This document shows, one piece after another, positions 1 to 9,745 of a stretch of DNA of 64,000 nucleotides (its first letter is position 1; each line of letters opens with the position of its first letter). The DNA comes from Candidatus Woesearchaeota archaeon. Its GTDB lineage: Archaea > Nanobdellota > Nanobdellia > Pacearchaeales > GW2011-AR1. The notes under the pieces are model-generated. The model saw only the letters and a list, made by a program, of their open reading frames with translations. It ran no database searches and was not told the DNA's origin. A program made the position numbers and the translations under genes. The stretch is from NCBI GenBank assembly GCA_964385425.1, contig CAYLOQ010000001.1, forward strand, positions 86,602 to 150,601. The letters run 5' to 3'.

Positions 1-696
1 GAGTTTATTGCTGAGGATTTGAGGCGTTGAAATCTCCTGATACTCAAAATCCTTCAATAGATCTCTCATAAACTGTATCAGTTCGTTGTATATTATGAAT
101 CCGTTATTGTGCCAGAAAACAGAACCAGGAGCAACTTCATTAAAAGAAAAAAGATCCATGTCTTGTCCGATAATTCTGTGATCGTAAAGCTTTAACTTAG
201 ATCTATCCAAAATATTCTTTCCAATACTCCTCAACAAATTTTTGTGATCAATCTTTTCATCCTTTTCCTCTTCAACCCTTATTTCCCTGCTCAACTCACT
301 CAAGGGATGCCCTTTAACTTTTAATTCAAACTCCTTATAATACCCAAACGGTGCTTTCACAACCTTGTAATTTTTCTTCAAGGTTTTCTCTGCTTTATCC
401 AAAACAGCAACAGCAACATCCGGGGCAGCCAGATTACTAGAAAGGTGGGCATAGGGATAGAGAACAATCTTCCCTCTTGTTTTAATACCCACTTGTTTTG
501 CAATGTCTTCTATGTTCTCAACAAGTTTTTTTACAGAACTCACGGTATCTCCTTTCTCAACAGCTGTCAGCACAACAAGAGATTCCCGAACCTTCTTCCC
601 TTTTTTCTCTATGCCAGTCAAATCCGCAGTTTTCTTCAATGCTTTTTTCAACGGCTTAAAATTAATATAGTCAACGTGCAAACCCAAAATTTTCAT
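1..696 (-). CDS. thrS: Threonyl-tRNA synthetase, N-terminal part (gene continues past the left edge)
   Basis: Minus-strand translation from the ATG complementary to 694-696 reads MKILGLHVDYINF...LYDHRIIGQDMDLFSFNEVAPGSVFWHNNGFIIYNELIQFMRDLLKDFEYQEISTPQILSNKL, matching the conserved ThrRS 'RDHRKLG-DLF' catalytic-core entry region. The frame stays open to position 1. It is absent from the ORF track because it runs off the edge. Confidence 0.6.
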   Translation of the reverse strand, partial: MKILGLHVDYINFKPLKKALKKTADLTGIEKKGKKVRESLVVLTAVEKGDTVSSVKKLVENIEDIAKQVGIKTRGKIVLYPYAHLSSNLAAPDVAVAVLDKAEKTLKKNYKVVKAPFGYYKEFELKVKGHPLSELSREIRVEEEKDEKIDHKNLLRSIGKNILDRSKLKLYDHRIIGQDMDLFSFNEVAPGSVFWHNNGFIIYNELIQFMRDLLKDFEYQEISTPQILSNKL

Positions 697-726
697 ATCT
701 AATTAAAAGAAGATGATTTTATAAAA

Positions 727-1860
727 TTAATCTTTATACAGAAACTTACTAATCTGCCCTCTTGCTTTCTCCCTTCTCTTCTGATGTTCTTTCAAGAAAG
801 TATTTATCTTTTTTATCAAGATTTCCTTCAGCTCAGAGGTCAAAAGTTTTCCCGACTTGTAATCGTCATAAATCTTTTTGAGTTTTTTATCATTAGGTTC
901 AAAAAACATCCTCAAATATTGGAAGGAAACATCTACTTCCGGGTCTCCACCTTTTTCTCTATGTTCTTTCATATTCTCTCTTCCTCCTGAGAAAGCATAC
1001 CTCCTTATCTTCCTTTCAACTTCTTCCGGAGAATCTGTAGTCCAAACAGTGGCCTTGCTCTCGTTAGAAGCAGACATCTTGCCTTTTGGTCCTGTTAAGG
1101 GGGGGAGGAAAACATTATGAAGAATGGCTGGTTTGTAATAACCTAATTTTGGCATAACATCTCTAGATATCCTGAAATGAGTATCCTGATCAACACCCAA
1201 AGGAATTAGACAAGGAATCTTTCTTTTCTTTAATACACTGGGAAGAAAAGCAGGAACTGCCTGCATGCTGGTATAAAAGATGCTTCCTATATTCTGGCTA
1301 TCAGAAAATCCAAAACTAGATTTTATTGTTGAAAAGGTAATTTTCTTTGCAACCCTACAGGCTTCCCTATACATCAACCCTGCGTGCTCTGTATCGACAA
1401 GAAAATGTGTCTTTTTTGGATCAAAGCCAATAGCAATAACATCTAACATATCTTCATACGTGGCTTTTTTTGTATCTTCTAAAGTCAATTCTTTCTTATA
1501 CAAAAATTTTTCTTCATCTGGGAATTGAAACCACATCTCAGCTCCAAATTTATCTTGCAACCACTTACACATAATCCAAGGGATTAGATGCCCTATATGT
1601 ACCTTGCTTCCTTTCGAAGAAGCCCTTCCTGTATAGAGAAAAAACTTATTTCCCTTCTCATACTCATCCATTAACCAATTCAAATCCCTGTGGGAAAAAA
1701 ACACCTTTCTTCTCAAGAATAAGTGCAAATCCTTCGTGTGCTTTTCTAACCTTTTCAAGAGAGCGTCATCTAGCTTGGAAACCCCAAATTCTTTTATTAG
1801 TTTTTCATAATCAACATTCCCTGTAACTCTGTAAGGAGTGACCTCCATCACTTTTTTCAT
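727..1860 (-). CDS. trpS: Tryptophanyl-tRNA synthetase, archaeal/eukaryotic type
   Basis: 377 aa with a class I HIGH motif (SKVHIGHLIP) and a KMSAS (KMSKS-like) motif, and overall TrpRS-like layout. Confidence 0.85.
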   Translation of the reverse strand: MKKVMEVTPYRVTGNVDYEKLIKEFGVSKLDDALLKRLEKHTKDLHLFLRRKVFFSHRDLNWLMDEYEKGNKFFLYTGRASSKGSKVHIGHLIPWIMCKWLQDKFGAEMWFQFPDEEKFLYKKELTLEDTKKATYEDMLDVIAIGFDPKKTHFLVDTEHAGLMYREACRVAKKITFSTIKSSFGFSDSQNIGSIFYTSMQAVPAFLPSVLKKRKIPCLIPLGVDQDTHFRISRDVMPKLGYYKPAILHNVFLPPLTGPKGKMSASNESKATVWTTDSPEEVERKIRRYAFSGGRENMKEHREKGGDPEVDVSFQYLRMFFEPNDKKLKKIYDDYKSGKLLTSELKEILIKKINTFLKEHQKRREKARGQISKFLYKD

Positions 1861-1994
1861 GTTTTCTTAAGGATAAACCATCTTTTAAATATTATCAATC
1901 AGTCATGAACCAAACTCAAAGGAAAATCGAAAAAAACCATTGGTTGTTTTCAACGTCCAAATATTTATAAATAACCAGAGTTTTATTTATTAAA

Positions 1995-3995
1995 ATGGGG
2001 AAAATAATATTTTTTTTGGCTTTTATGTTTCTTTTGACACAATTTACATCTGCAGAGATAATAATTAATCAACAACCAAAAGAAATCTATAGTTTAGGGG
2101 ACATAATCCCTGTTCCTGCAACAGTAAAATCAATAACAGACGTATCTGGAATTTTCCAGATGAATCTAATATGTGACGGACATGAGATAAATTTTTATAA
2201 AAACGGCATTAGTCTGTCTTCAGGAGAAGAAAAAAGATTAGAACCCTCTTTAGTCCTCACTAGAAACGTAATCGGAGAACTCAAGGGAACATGCAAGATA
2301 AAATCCCTCTTAGGAGAAGATTTTACTCTAACGAACGAGTTTAAAATTTCAGATTTAATCAACATCCAAGCAACCTTAGAAAAGCCAGAATTTAATCCTG
2401 GAGAATATCTTGTAATTGAAGGTGATGCTCTAAAAGAGAATGGGGGGGACGTTAATGGGTTTATAGAATTATCAATTATTCAAGGAAACAATTCAATATT
2501 GAACCAATTAGGAACCATAAATAATGGCTTCTTCTCGATAAATGTTACGTTGCCAAATGAGATGGGGGCAGGGGCCTATTTCTTAAGGTTAGATGCCCAC
2601 GAAGAAGACCTGGGAGGAGAAATTACTAACAAAGGTCCCACAACCTTAAACCTAATGATAAAACAAGTTCCCACAAGTCTAGAAGTGTTGCTCGAAGATT
2701 CAAACGTTGAACCCGGAACAGATTTAAGAGTCAAAGCTATCCTCCATGACCAGACAGGTGAAAAAATAGAATCTACCTCATTCCTAACTATAAAAGACAC
2801 GAATGATAAAATCCTTGAACAAGTGGAAAGACCAACAGATGAATTCTTAGAATTTCTGGTCGCATATAACGAACAACCCGGAGAATGGACTGTATTTGCA
2901 GTCTCAAATAAACTCACAGGAGAGGCAAGCGTAGAAATATTAGAAAAAGAAGATGTAAAAATAGAGATAATAAACAAAACAATAACAATAACAAATATTG
3001 GAAACGTCCCTTACAACAAGACGGTTTTGGTAAAAATTGGCAACGAATCCCTGAACATAGATGTGTTTCTAAAGGTGGATGATGACCAAAAATATACGTT
3101 AAGTGCACCTGATGGAAAATACGATGTAGAAGTAATAGCTGAAGAAGGAAGTGCACTAGAAAATGTTGCGTTAACAGGGAAAAGCATAGATATAAAAAAA
3201 GCCTCTAACAGGGTGGTAAGTCTAGTTAAATATCCATTGGTGTGGATTTTCATAATAGCTGTCATGGGATTTGTAATATTCCTAGTTTTTAAGAAAGGAT
3301 ACAAAAAAAGTTTTATAGGGCATATGGGCTCTAAAATCCCAAAGAGGAAAAATGGAGAAAATAGTTTACCTTTAAAAAAAAATTCATTAGTCCAGACAAA
3401 GAGTAAAGCAGAAATCTCTCTATCTATAAAAGGAGATAAACAAAATACGAGTCTGGTTACCTTTAAGGTAAAAAATCTTAAAGAGATACAATCTAAGAAA
3501 AATCAGGCAGAAGAAACAATTCAAAAAATAGTAAAGATTGCAGAAGAGAGCAAGGCAGCAGTTTATGAGAGCTATAACGAGATATTTTTCATCGTTTGTC
3601 CAACAAAAACAAGAACCTTTAGGAACGAAAAAATAGCCCTGAATCTGGCACAAAAAATAAAAGGGATTTTGGACAACCACAACAAAGTATTCAAACAAAA
3701 AATAGAATTTGGGATTTCATTAAATTATGGAACCATAATCGCAAAACAGGAAAAAGACGTATTGAAATTTATGAGCCTGGGAACCCTGATGACTACTGCA
3801 AAGAAAATCTCTTCTCTATCCAAGAACAATGTTTTGTTGAGTGAGAAAATGAACGACAGGCTTAGATCTGAAGTAAAAACAACAAAACATAAAGAAGGGA
3901 AGATTCCCGTCTATTCTATAAAAGAGATAAAAAACACTGAAGAGAACAAGAAATTTGTTCGAAGTTTTTTAGATAGAATTGAAGGTAAGAAATAA
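1995..3995 (+). CDS. Large surface protein: signal peptide, ~400-aa extracellular region, one TM helix, ~230-aa lysine-rich cytoplasmic tail
   Basis: N-terminal hydrophobic signal (MGKIIFFLAFMFLLTQFTSA), a hydrophobic helix VWIFIIAVMGFVIFLVF near aa 410, and a K/E-rich C-terminal tail. No recognisable catalytic motif. Confidence 0.5.
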   Translation: MGKIIFFLAFMFLLTQFTSAEIIINQQPKEIYSLGDIIPVPATVKSITDVSGIFQMNLICDGHEINFYKNGISLSSGEEKRLEPSLVLTRNVIGELKGTCKIKSLLGEDFTLTNEFKISDLINIQATLEKPEFNPGEYLVIEGDALKENGGDVNGFIELSIIQGNNSILNQLGTINNGFFSINVTLPNEMGAGAYFLRLDAHEEDLGGEITNKGPTTLNLMIKQVPTSLEVLLEDSNVEPGTDLRVKAILHDQTGEKIESTSFLTIKDTNDKILEQVERPTDEFLEFLVAYNEQPGEWTVFAVSNKLTGEASVEILEKEDVKIEIINKTITITNIGNVPYNKTVLVKIGNESLNIDVFLKVDDDQKYTLSAPDGKYDVEVIAEEGSALENVALTGKSIDIKKASNRVVSLVKYPLVWIFIIAVMGFVIFLVFKKGYKKSFIGHMGSKIPKRKNGENSLPLKKNSLVQTKSKAEISLSIKGDKQNTSLVTFKVKNLKEIQSKKNQAEETIQKIVKIAEESKAAVYESYNEIFFIVCPTKTRTFRNEKIALNLAQKIKGILDNHNKVFKQKIEFGISLNYGTIIAKQEKDVLKFMSLGTLMTTAKKISSLSKNNVLLSEKMNDRLRSEVKTTKHKEGKIPVYSIKEIKNTEENKKFVRSFLDRIEGKK

Positions 3996-4053
3996 AAATT
4001 ATTTTTTAATTATCTTTTTAATTTCTTCAATATAATCCTTCCGATTACCAATA

Positions 4054-4611
4054 CTAACAACTGGAAATCCATATTTCTCTGCTTCTTTTTTTTATATATT
4101 TGTTGAAAGAAACAACCCATTCAACTTCTTTCTCTTTTACATCATCAGGATATTTACTAGCAGTATCCCATAATCCCTTGGTAAAAATATTTTTCCCCAC
4201 TCTCTCTATATCCTCGTCTACTAGGAACAAAACTTTAATATTGTCCTTATTTTTGACAAATTTAAAGACTAGATGTGGTAATATAGCAACACCCTCAATA
4301 ATATAAGAGTCCCAGACATGATCTGTCTCTAATACCTCCTTAACACCCTTCCACACATCGGTACTTTCTTCGTTAGCAATTTTAACTATCTCTTCACAAG
4401 TATTTTTGTTTAAAAAATCCACACCCATTTCTGGTGTAGCTTCAGCATGTAGAAATAATGCTGGATAATCTTTCTTCCTAACTATCTCTCTCATTTGTTC
4501 CCTAATTGTATCTGTAGAAATCCAGGGCATTTTAAGTTTTTCTGCGATTTTCCTTGCAGTATAACTTTTTCCTGCAGTTGGAGATCCACCAATTAAGATT
4601 ATTTTCCCCAT
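4054..4611 (-). CDS. P-loop NTPase/kinase (2-phosphoglycerate kinase or adenylate kinase-like)
   Basis: Walker A motif at the N-terminus (IGGSPTAGKSYTARKIA); 185 aa. Confidence 0.55.
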   Translation of the reverse strand: MGKIILIGGSPTAGKSYTARKIAEKLKMPWISTDTIREQMREIVRKKDYPALFLHAEATPEMGVDFLNKNTCEEIVKIANEESTDVWKGVKEVLETDHVWDSYIIEGVAILPHLVFKFVKNKDNIKVLFLVDEDIERVGKNIFTKGLWDTASKYPDDVKEKEVEWVVSFNKYIKKRSREIWISSC

Positions 4612-4652
4612 GAAAATTTAAATCAGCCATGTTTAAATTATTATCTAAAGAA

Positions 4653-5468
4653 TCACTTCCTATTACTGCTCTGCACCTCATTTCTAACTATCTGTCTAAC
4701 GTCTTTTCTTGAAAGCTTTTTCTTTATAGATTCTAAATTCAAAAGCCTAAGAGCTATTCCAGAACCAAAAATCAATAAACCAACAATAAAAACAATCCAA
4801 AATACGTTTCCAGATTTGTTAAAGAAAAATGAGACAAATTCTAGAGAAGATTGCCCTGCTATAATAGAAGAGAGACCTCCTAACTTTAAAAGAGGCAGGG
4901 ATGAAAGCGCTAATAAACCCCCAAAAATTATGGGAAAATTCATTTTTTGCTCTGTTAAGAAGGGGATTAATATGATTAAGACTATAGATACGAGGATGGA
5001 GAAATAAAATTTCTCTTTCCAGTAATCTTTTGCTTTTTCAGAAACCAAAAATAAAGGCAAAGATTCTTTTCCAAAACAATCCCAAAAGCCACAGTCATAT
5101 TCTTTGTAATATGTCTGTTCTATTATAGAATCAATACCTTGCTCAACAAAAGTTTCTAGGGGTTCATTCACCAGATCACAAGAAACTGTAAAATTATATC
5201 TCCCTTCACTAAAAACATACGCTGTATTATTTTGGCAGTAATCTTGCATAATTTCTCTGGCTTCTTCTAAATCCTCTGTTAAATTAAAATCACCCACTAT
5301 GGAACTTGTTTGGTCGTCTACAAATTCCTGTACAATTGGCACTAAACCAGATTTAACATTATCATACTGTAGAGATGTAGATAAAACCAAAAAAACATTT
5401 CCCAATAGAAGAGACAAGAATAGTAAGATGCCAACAATAACCAACAAACCTCCTCTAAAAAAACTCAT
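4653..5468 (-). CDS. Hypothetical integral membrane protein
   Basis: N-terminal TM helix and several C-terminal hydrophobic helices; 271 aa, good codon-like composition. Confidence 0.45.
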   Translation of the reverse strand: MSFFRGGLLVIVGILLFLSLLLGNVFLVLSTSLQYDNVKSGLVPIVQEFVDDQTSSIVGDFNLTEDLEEAREIMQDYCQNNTAYVFSEGRYNFTVSCDLVNEPLETFVEQGIDSIIEQTYYKEYDCGFWDCFGKESLPLFLVSEKAKDYWKEKFYFSILVSIVLIILIPFLTEQKMNFPIIFGGLLALSSLPLLKLGGLSSIIAGQSSLEFVSFFFNKSGNVFWIVFIVGLLIFGSGIALRLLNLESIKKKLSRKDVRQIVRNEVQSSNRK

Positions 5469-5505
5469 GGAAGATAAAAGGGGGAACGATTTATAAAAGT
5501 TGAGA

Positions 5506-5886
5506 TTAATGATTTCTTCTTAGAAGTTCTACAGCCTCTTTTCTACTTATATCCAAAACCCTCTTTAGACAGGCTGTTGCAGTCTCATCTCCTTGCTTAT
5601 CCGTGCTCAAATTAACGCTTCTGGTTTTCCCATCATGACTTATAGTTATTATTCTACATGATCTGTGTAAATTACCTCCCCTATTATTCTTTGCTGTCCT
5701 ACCCTTATGGGTTCTAGACATAAAAAAAATGCCTTCTAATCCCTTAGAACATGTCAAGGAGAAATTTGAAGGAATTCTTGAAAAAGAATATTGAAAAGAT
5801 GGATTCAAAAGATAATTAAAAGTATCTAAAGCCTTTTCATAAAATCTCGAAAATCTTTCTGTAAAACGGTTCGTTGGATATTTCAT
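5506..5886 (-). CDS. Hypothetical protein
   Basis: 126-aa ORF filling the gap between convergent and divergent neighbours; no recognisable motif. Confidence 0.3.
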   Translation of the reverse strand: MKYPTNRFTERFSRFYEKALDTFNYLLNPSFQYSFSRIPSNFSLTCSKGLEGIFFMSRTHKGRTAKNNRGGNLHRSCRIITISHDGKTRSVNLSTDKQGDETATACLKRVLDISRKEAVELLRRNH

Positions 5887-5994
5887 GATGAATCTATAAT
5901 AATTTTATTTTTAAATTTTTAGTTGATTTAGTATATATTAAATTTAAGGGGGGGTGAGGAAAACCTTTATTAACAATAATTATTTTTATTAAAT

Positions 5995-8808
5995 ATGGGA
6001 GAAGGGGAAGGGGCTAAAGAGAAAAATGACGTTAAAAAAGATAAAGAATTCAAGAATAAGATAGATTTTATCGCATGGTTTTCTGAGTTAAATAAAGGCT
6101 CTGGAAACATTGCGGGTGGGAAAGGGGCAAATCTTGCAGAAATTTATAATTTAAAGATTCCTGTTCCTCCTGGATTCGTGGTTACAGCACAAGCCTATGA
6201 TTATTTTATAAAAAAAGCAGGGCTGAATGAAAAAATAAAATCCCTCTTGTCAGACATAAGCTACGAAAATACAGAGCAATTGAACAAGAGAACAGAAGAA
6301 ATAAGAAAACTTATCGAGGGATCAAAGTTCCCACAAGAAATGCAGGAAGAAATATTTGAAGCGTACGAAAATCTAAACACTGAAGAATCTAAAATCAAAG
6401 GGGTATCTGCTTTGGATGTTCTTAAAAAATCTCCGGAATCTTTATTCGTTGCTGTCAGAAGCAGCGCAACCACAGAAGACCTAGCAGAAGCCAGCTTTGC
6501 AGGACAACAGGAAACGTTCTTAAATGTAAAGGGAAAATTCGAATTACTAAAATTCATAAAAAAATGCTTCTCTTCCCTCTTCACTCCAAGAGCGACATAT
6601 TACAGAAACAAGAAGGGATTCAAACACGAAGGAGCCAGCCTTGCAGTCATTGTGCAAAAAATGGTGGATTCTGAAAAATCAGGGGTTAGTTTCTCGAAAG
6701 ATCCTACTCAAAAGAGGGATGATGTATTGATAGAGGCTGTCTTTGGACTAGGAGAGGGAATTGTCTCTGGAAAGATTACTCCAGACAAATATTTAGTTTC
6801 TAAAGAACTAGATATTTTAGAAAAAAAAGCAGCAGACAAAAAAATTGCAATAACTAGAGATTCTGGAGGAAATAAAGAAGTAGTGAAATTAAAAGAAGAG
6901 ATATCTAAACGCCTTGTATTGAAAGATTACGAAGTAAAAAAGATCGCAGAAATATCTCTAAAATTAGAAGAGCACTATCAAAAACCACAAGACATAGAAT
7001 TTGCGATAGAAGGGGGGAATATCTACATAGTCCAAACAAGACCAATAACAACCCTTGAAAAAAGAATTAGTGCAGGGGATATAAAAGAACTTAAGGGAGA
7101 AGTTGTACTGACAGGGCTACCAGCTTCACCAGGAATTGGTTCTGGAAAAATAAAAATTATAAGAGGCATGGAAGACTTGAAAAAAATAAGTCAAGGAGAT
7201 GTTTTGGTAACAGAGATGACAAATCCTGATATGGTAGTTACAATGCAAAAATCTGCAGCAATTGTCACAGACGAGGGTGGCCTCACCGCACACGCAGCAA
7301 TTGTTTCTCGCGAAATGGGAATTCCTGCAGTGGTGGGAACTCAGGAAGCCACCACCAAGTTAAAAGAAGGGGAAGTAATAACTGTCGATGGTTTCACAGG
7401 AAAGATTTACAAAGGAAAGGTAGCAGAAACAGTACAGAAAGAAGTCCTTCCTGTTGATGTAGAAACAAAGACAGAGATAAAAGTAATCGTCGATCTTCCG
7501 AATTTTGCAGAACGGGCAGCTAAAACAAAACTAAAAAAGGTTGGTTTAACGAGAATTGAAGGAATAATTGCAGAATCAGAAAAACACCCAGAGTATTTCC
7601 TAGAAAAAAACAAGATGAAAGATTACGAAGAAATAATCTTTAAAGGTGTTAAAAAAATATCCCAATATTTCGAAGAAATATGGGTTAGAACTTCAGACAT
7701 AAGGAGTGATGAATTTCAGGATTTGGAAGGGGCACCAAAAGAAATAGAAGCAAACCCCATGCTGGGCATGCATGGAATAAGATACGGAATAAAAAATCCA
7801 GAAGTGCTCAAGGCAGAACTAATAGCACTCAAAAGAGTTTCAGAAGAAGGAAAAAAGATTGGTCTTTTATTGCCTCAAATAATTTCTGTAGATGAGGTAA
7901 AAAAAGTAAAAGAATTTGTAAAAGAGGTTGATTTTCTAGAGGCAAAAATCGGGATCATGATTGAAACCCCTGCCGCGGTTCAGATAATCAGAGAACTCTG
8001 TGATGAAGGAATAGATTTTATCTCTTTTGGCACCAATGATCTTACACAATATATACTGGCCGTAGACAGGGGAAACGAACAAGTACAACACATCTATGAT
8101 GAGATGAATCCTGCAATCTTGTACCAACTGGAGTTTGTATTAAGGGCCTGTAAAAGAAGCAATATAGAAACCAGCATCTGTGGTCAAGCGGGAAGTAAAA
8201 AAGAAATGGTCAAATTTTTAGTAGAAAGGGGGATAAACAGTATAAGTGTAAATGCAGATGTTGCAAGTGAGATAGCAAAGTATGTCGCAGAACTTGAGGG
8301 GAACAAAAATAGTGGTTCCGCACCTCCTATAGATAAAGAGTCACCTCCCATGAATAAAGAGCCAGAAGAGGATTTTGTAAAACCCCAACATATCAAGGAA
8401 CCAGAAAGTGAAGAACAACCAGAGATTACCAAAAATGAAGAAACTGCTAATAGACCAGAAAAAGGTGATAAGGGTGATGATGGATTAGAAAATAAAAATC
8501 AATCCGATCCTTCTGGAGAGCCAAAAAAAGAAATCCCAGAAGAAGAACTTCCAAAAATCCCTGGAACAGAAAATCTTCAGGAAAAGGATGAAGAAGGAAC
8601 AGACGAAGAAATAAAAGAAGAAAAAGAAACATCTGAAGAAATAGTCAAAGATATTGAGGGAAGTGGTGTTCCTGAAAAGATAGCTGAGAAAGAAGAAGAG
8701 CTTGATGAAAAATCCACAGAGGAACAAACCCAAGAACAACATCAAGAGCCGGTTAAAGAAGAATCAAAATCTGAAGAAAAAAATGAAGAAGTTTTGGACA
8801 TTTTCTAA
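5995..8808 (+). CDS. ppsA: Phosphoenolpyruvate synthase (pyruvate, water dikinase) with a ~170-aa acidic C-terminal extension
   Basis: N-terminal PEP/pyruvate-binding domain (GGKGANLAEI...PPGFVVT), a phospho-His swivel domain (GGLTAHAAIVSREMGIPAVVG), and a C-terminal PEP-utilising TIM barrel. This is followed by an E/K/P-rich low-complexity tail from about 8290. Confidence 0.85.
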   Translation: MGEGEGAKEKNDVKKDKEFKNKIDFIAWFSELNKGSGNIAGGKGANLAEIYNLKIPVPPGFVVTAQAYDYFIKKAGLNEKIKSLLSDISYENTEQLNKRTEEIRKLIEGSKFPQEMQEEIFEAYENLNTEESKIKGVSALDVLKKSPESLFVAVRSSATTEDLAEASFAGQQETFLNVKGKFELLKFIKKCFSSLFTPRATYYRNKKGFKHEGASLAVIVQKMVDSEKSGVSFSKDPTQKRDDVLIEAVFGLGEGIVSGKITPDKYLVSKELDILEKKAADKKIAITRDSGGNKEVVKLKEEISKRLVLKDYEVKKIAEISLKLEEHYQKPQDIEFAIEGGNIYIVQTRPITTLEKRISAGDIKELKGEVVLTGLPASPGIGSGKIKIIRGMEDLKKISQGDVLVTEMTNPDMVVTMQKSAAIVTDEGGLTAHAAIVSREMGIPAVVGTQEATTKLKEGEVITVDGFTGKIYKGKVAETVQKEVLPVDVETKTEIKVIVDLPNFAERAAKTKLKKVGLTRIEGIIAESEKHPEYFLEKNKMKDYEEIIFKGVKKISQYFEEIWVRTSDIRSDEFQDLEGAPKEIEANPMLGMHGIRYGIKNPEVLKAELIALKRVSEEGKKIGLLLPQIISVDEVKKVKEFVKEVDFLEAKIGIMIETPAAVQIIRELCDEGIDFISFGTNDLTQYILAVDRGNEQVQHIYDEMNPAILYQLEFVLRACKRSNIETSICGQAGSKKEMVKFLVERGINSISVNADVASEIAKYVAELEGNKNSGSAPPIDKESPPMNKEPEEDFVKPQHIKEPESEEQPEITKNEETANRPEKGDKGDDGLENKNQSDPSGEPKKEIPEEELPKIPGTENLQEKDEEGTDEEIKEEKETSEEIVKDIEGSGVPEKIAEKEEELDEKSTEEQTQEQHQEPVKEESKSEEKNEEVLDIF

Positions 8809-8945
8809 ATTATTTTAAAAAATAAATATTATATATCTATTGTAGGATATTATTCACAATTTTGTCAATACATATGTTATTTTACCCCACATATATGGAT
8901 AGATAAGTTTAAATAAAAGAGCAACCTTAAAAAGAAAAGAGATGA

Positions 8946-9176
8946 TTGAAAAACATGGCAACAAGAATTGATTACGTCGGTTTGGCGGGAGATTTGAAAG
9001 CATTTGTTAATAATTCTACTGTGAAGTTTGCCAACGACGATTTAAGAACTAAATTATTTTCTTCTAATGATTCTGATTTTTTAAGGGTTATTAAAACAAT
9101 AGGTTCAAATACAACGATAGTGAGTATAGATCTTGTTGATGATAATTTTGTTAGAAAAGCTGTGTTGGGTGAATGA
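8946..9176 (+). CDS. Hypothetical protein
   Basis: 76-aa ORF; no motif. The antisense ORF 8972-9202 is a weaker alternative. Confidence 0.25.
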   Translation: MKNMATRIDYVGLAGDLKAFVNNSTVKFANDDLRTKLFSSNDSDFLRVIKTIGSNTTIVSIDLVDDNFVRKAVLGE

Positions 9177-9177
9177 A

Positions 9178-9633
9178 ATGCCTTCTTTCCAGTTTGAAGC
9201 AAGATTAGTTTTTGATGAACATTTCTATAATAAAATTATAAAAACAAATCCTGAACTACTTACAAAATTAATGTATATCAATTCTTGTTCATTAGGTCAT
9301 AAAAGAGTCTCAAATATAATGTCTAAGGGAATTTTTTTAAAAATTTTGAATAATAATCCATCAATGCCAAGGTCATTGTTAAGATCTTCTTTCTATGATA
9401 TTGAATTGGTAGAACTTGAAGTAATAAGTGATGAAATAGAGAGAGTAATAAAGTATGCTATACACATAACTTCAGAATCTCCCTACAAATCTATAATTCT
9501 AACTTCTGACGATATTAAGGAGAAATATGAAAATAATCCCCATCGTCAAGGTGTTGAAGAAATAAGTGTAATATCTGGTGAAAAAGCAATGGAATTGATT
9601 GAAAAATATTGGAGAGAATGCACAGACAGGTAG
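9178..9633 (+). CDS. Hypothetical protein
   Basis: The track ORF 9133-9633 is trimmed to the Met (MPSFQFEARL...) that immediately follows the stop of the upstream ORF. Confidence 0.3.
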   Translation: MPSFQFEARLVFDEHFYNKIIKTNPELLTKLMYINSCSLGHKRVSNIMSKGIFLKILNNNPSMPRSLLRSSFYDIELVELEVISDEIERVIKYAIHITSESPYKSIILTSDDIKEKYENNPHRQGVEEISVISGEKAMELIEKYWRECTDR

Positions 9634-9745
9634 TTACACTGTTTCTAATAAATGGGTTTAATCTTACAAGATATTTAGCTATTTTTCCAAACATTTTCTA
9701 GATATATTTGATTAAATTTATAAATAAGAAATCCTTATATGGGGT

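Noticed and set aside
445-702. Plus-strand 85-aa ORF at the left edge
   Set aside because: It lies antisense to a much longer open frame with clear ThrRS homology (1-696, minus strand). The track missed the latter only because it runs off the window.
2576-3304. Three minus-strand ORFs (2576-2977, 2914-3156, 3011-3304) inside the 666-aa surface-protein gene
   Set aside because: They are antisense to a long, well-supported ORF, with low-complexity Leu/Phe-rich translations typical of AT-rich antisense frames.
5940-5994. Poly-G tract (aagggggggtgagg) upstream of ppsA as a Shine-Dalgarno or structured element
   Set aside because: A single occurrence with no pairing partner nearby; could not be supported as a motif.
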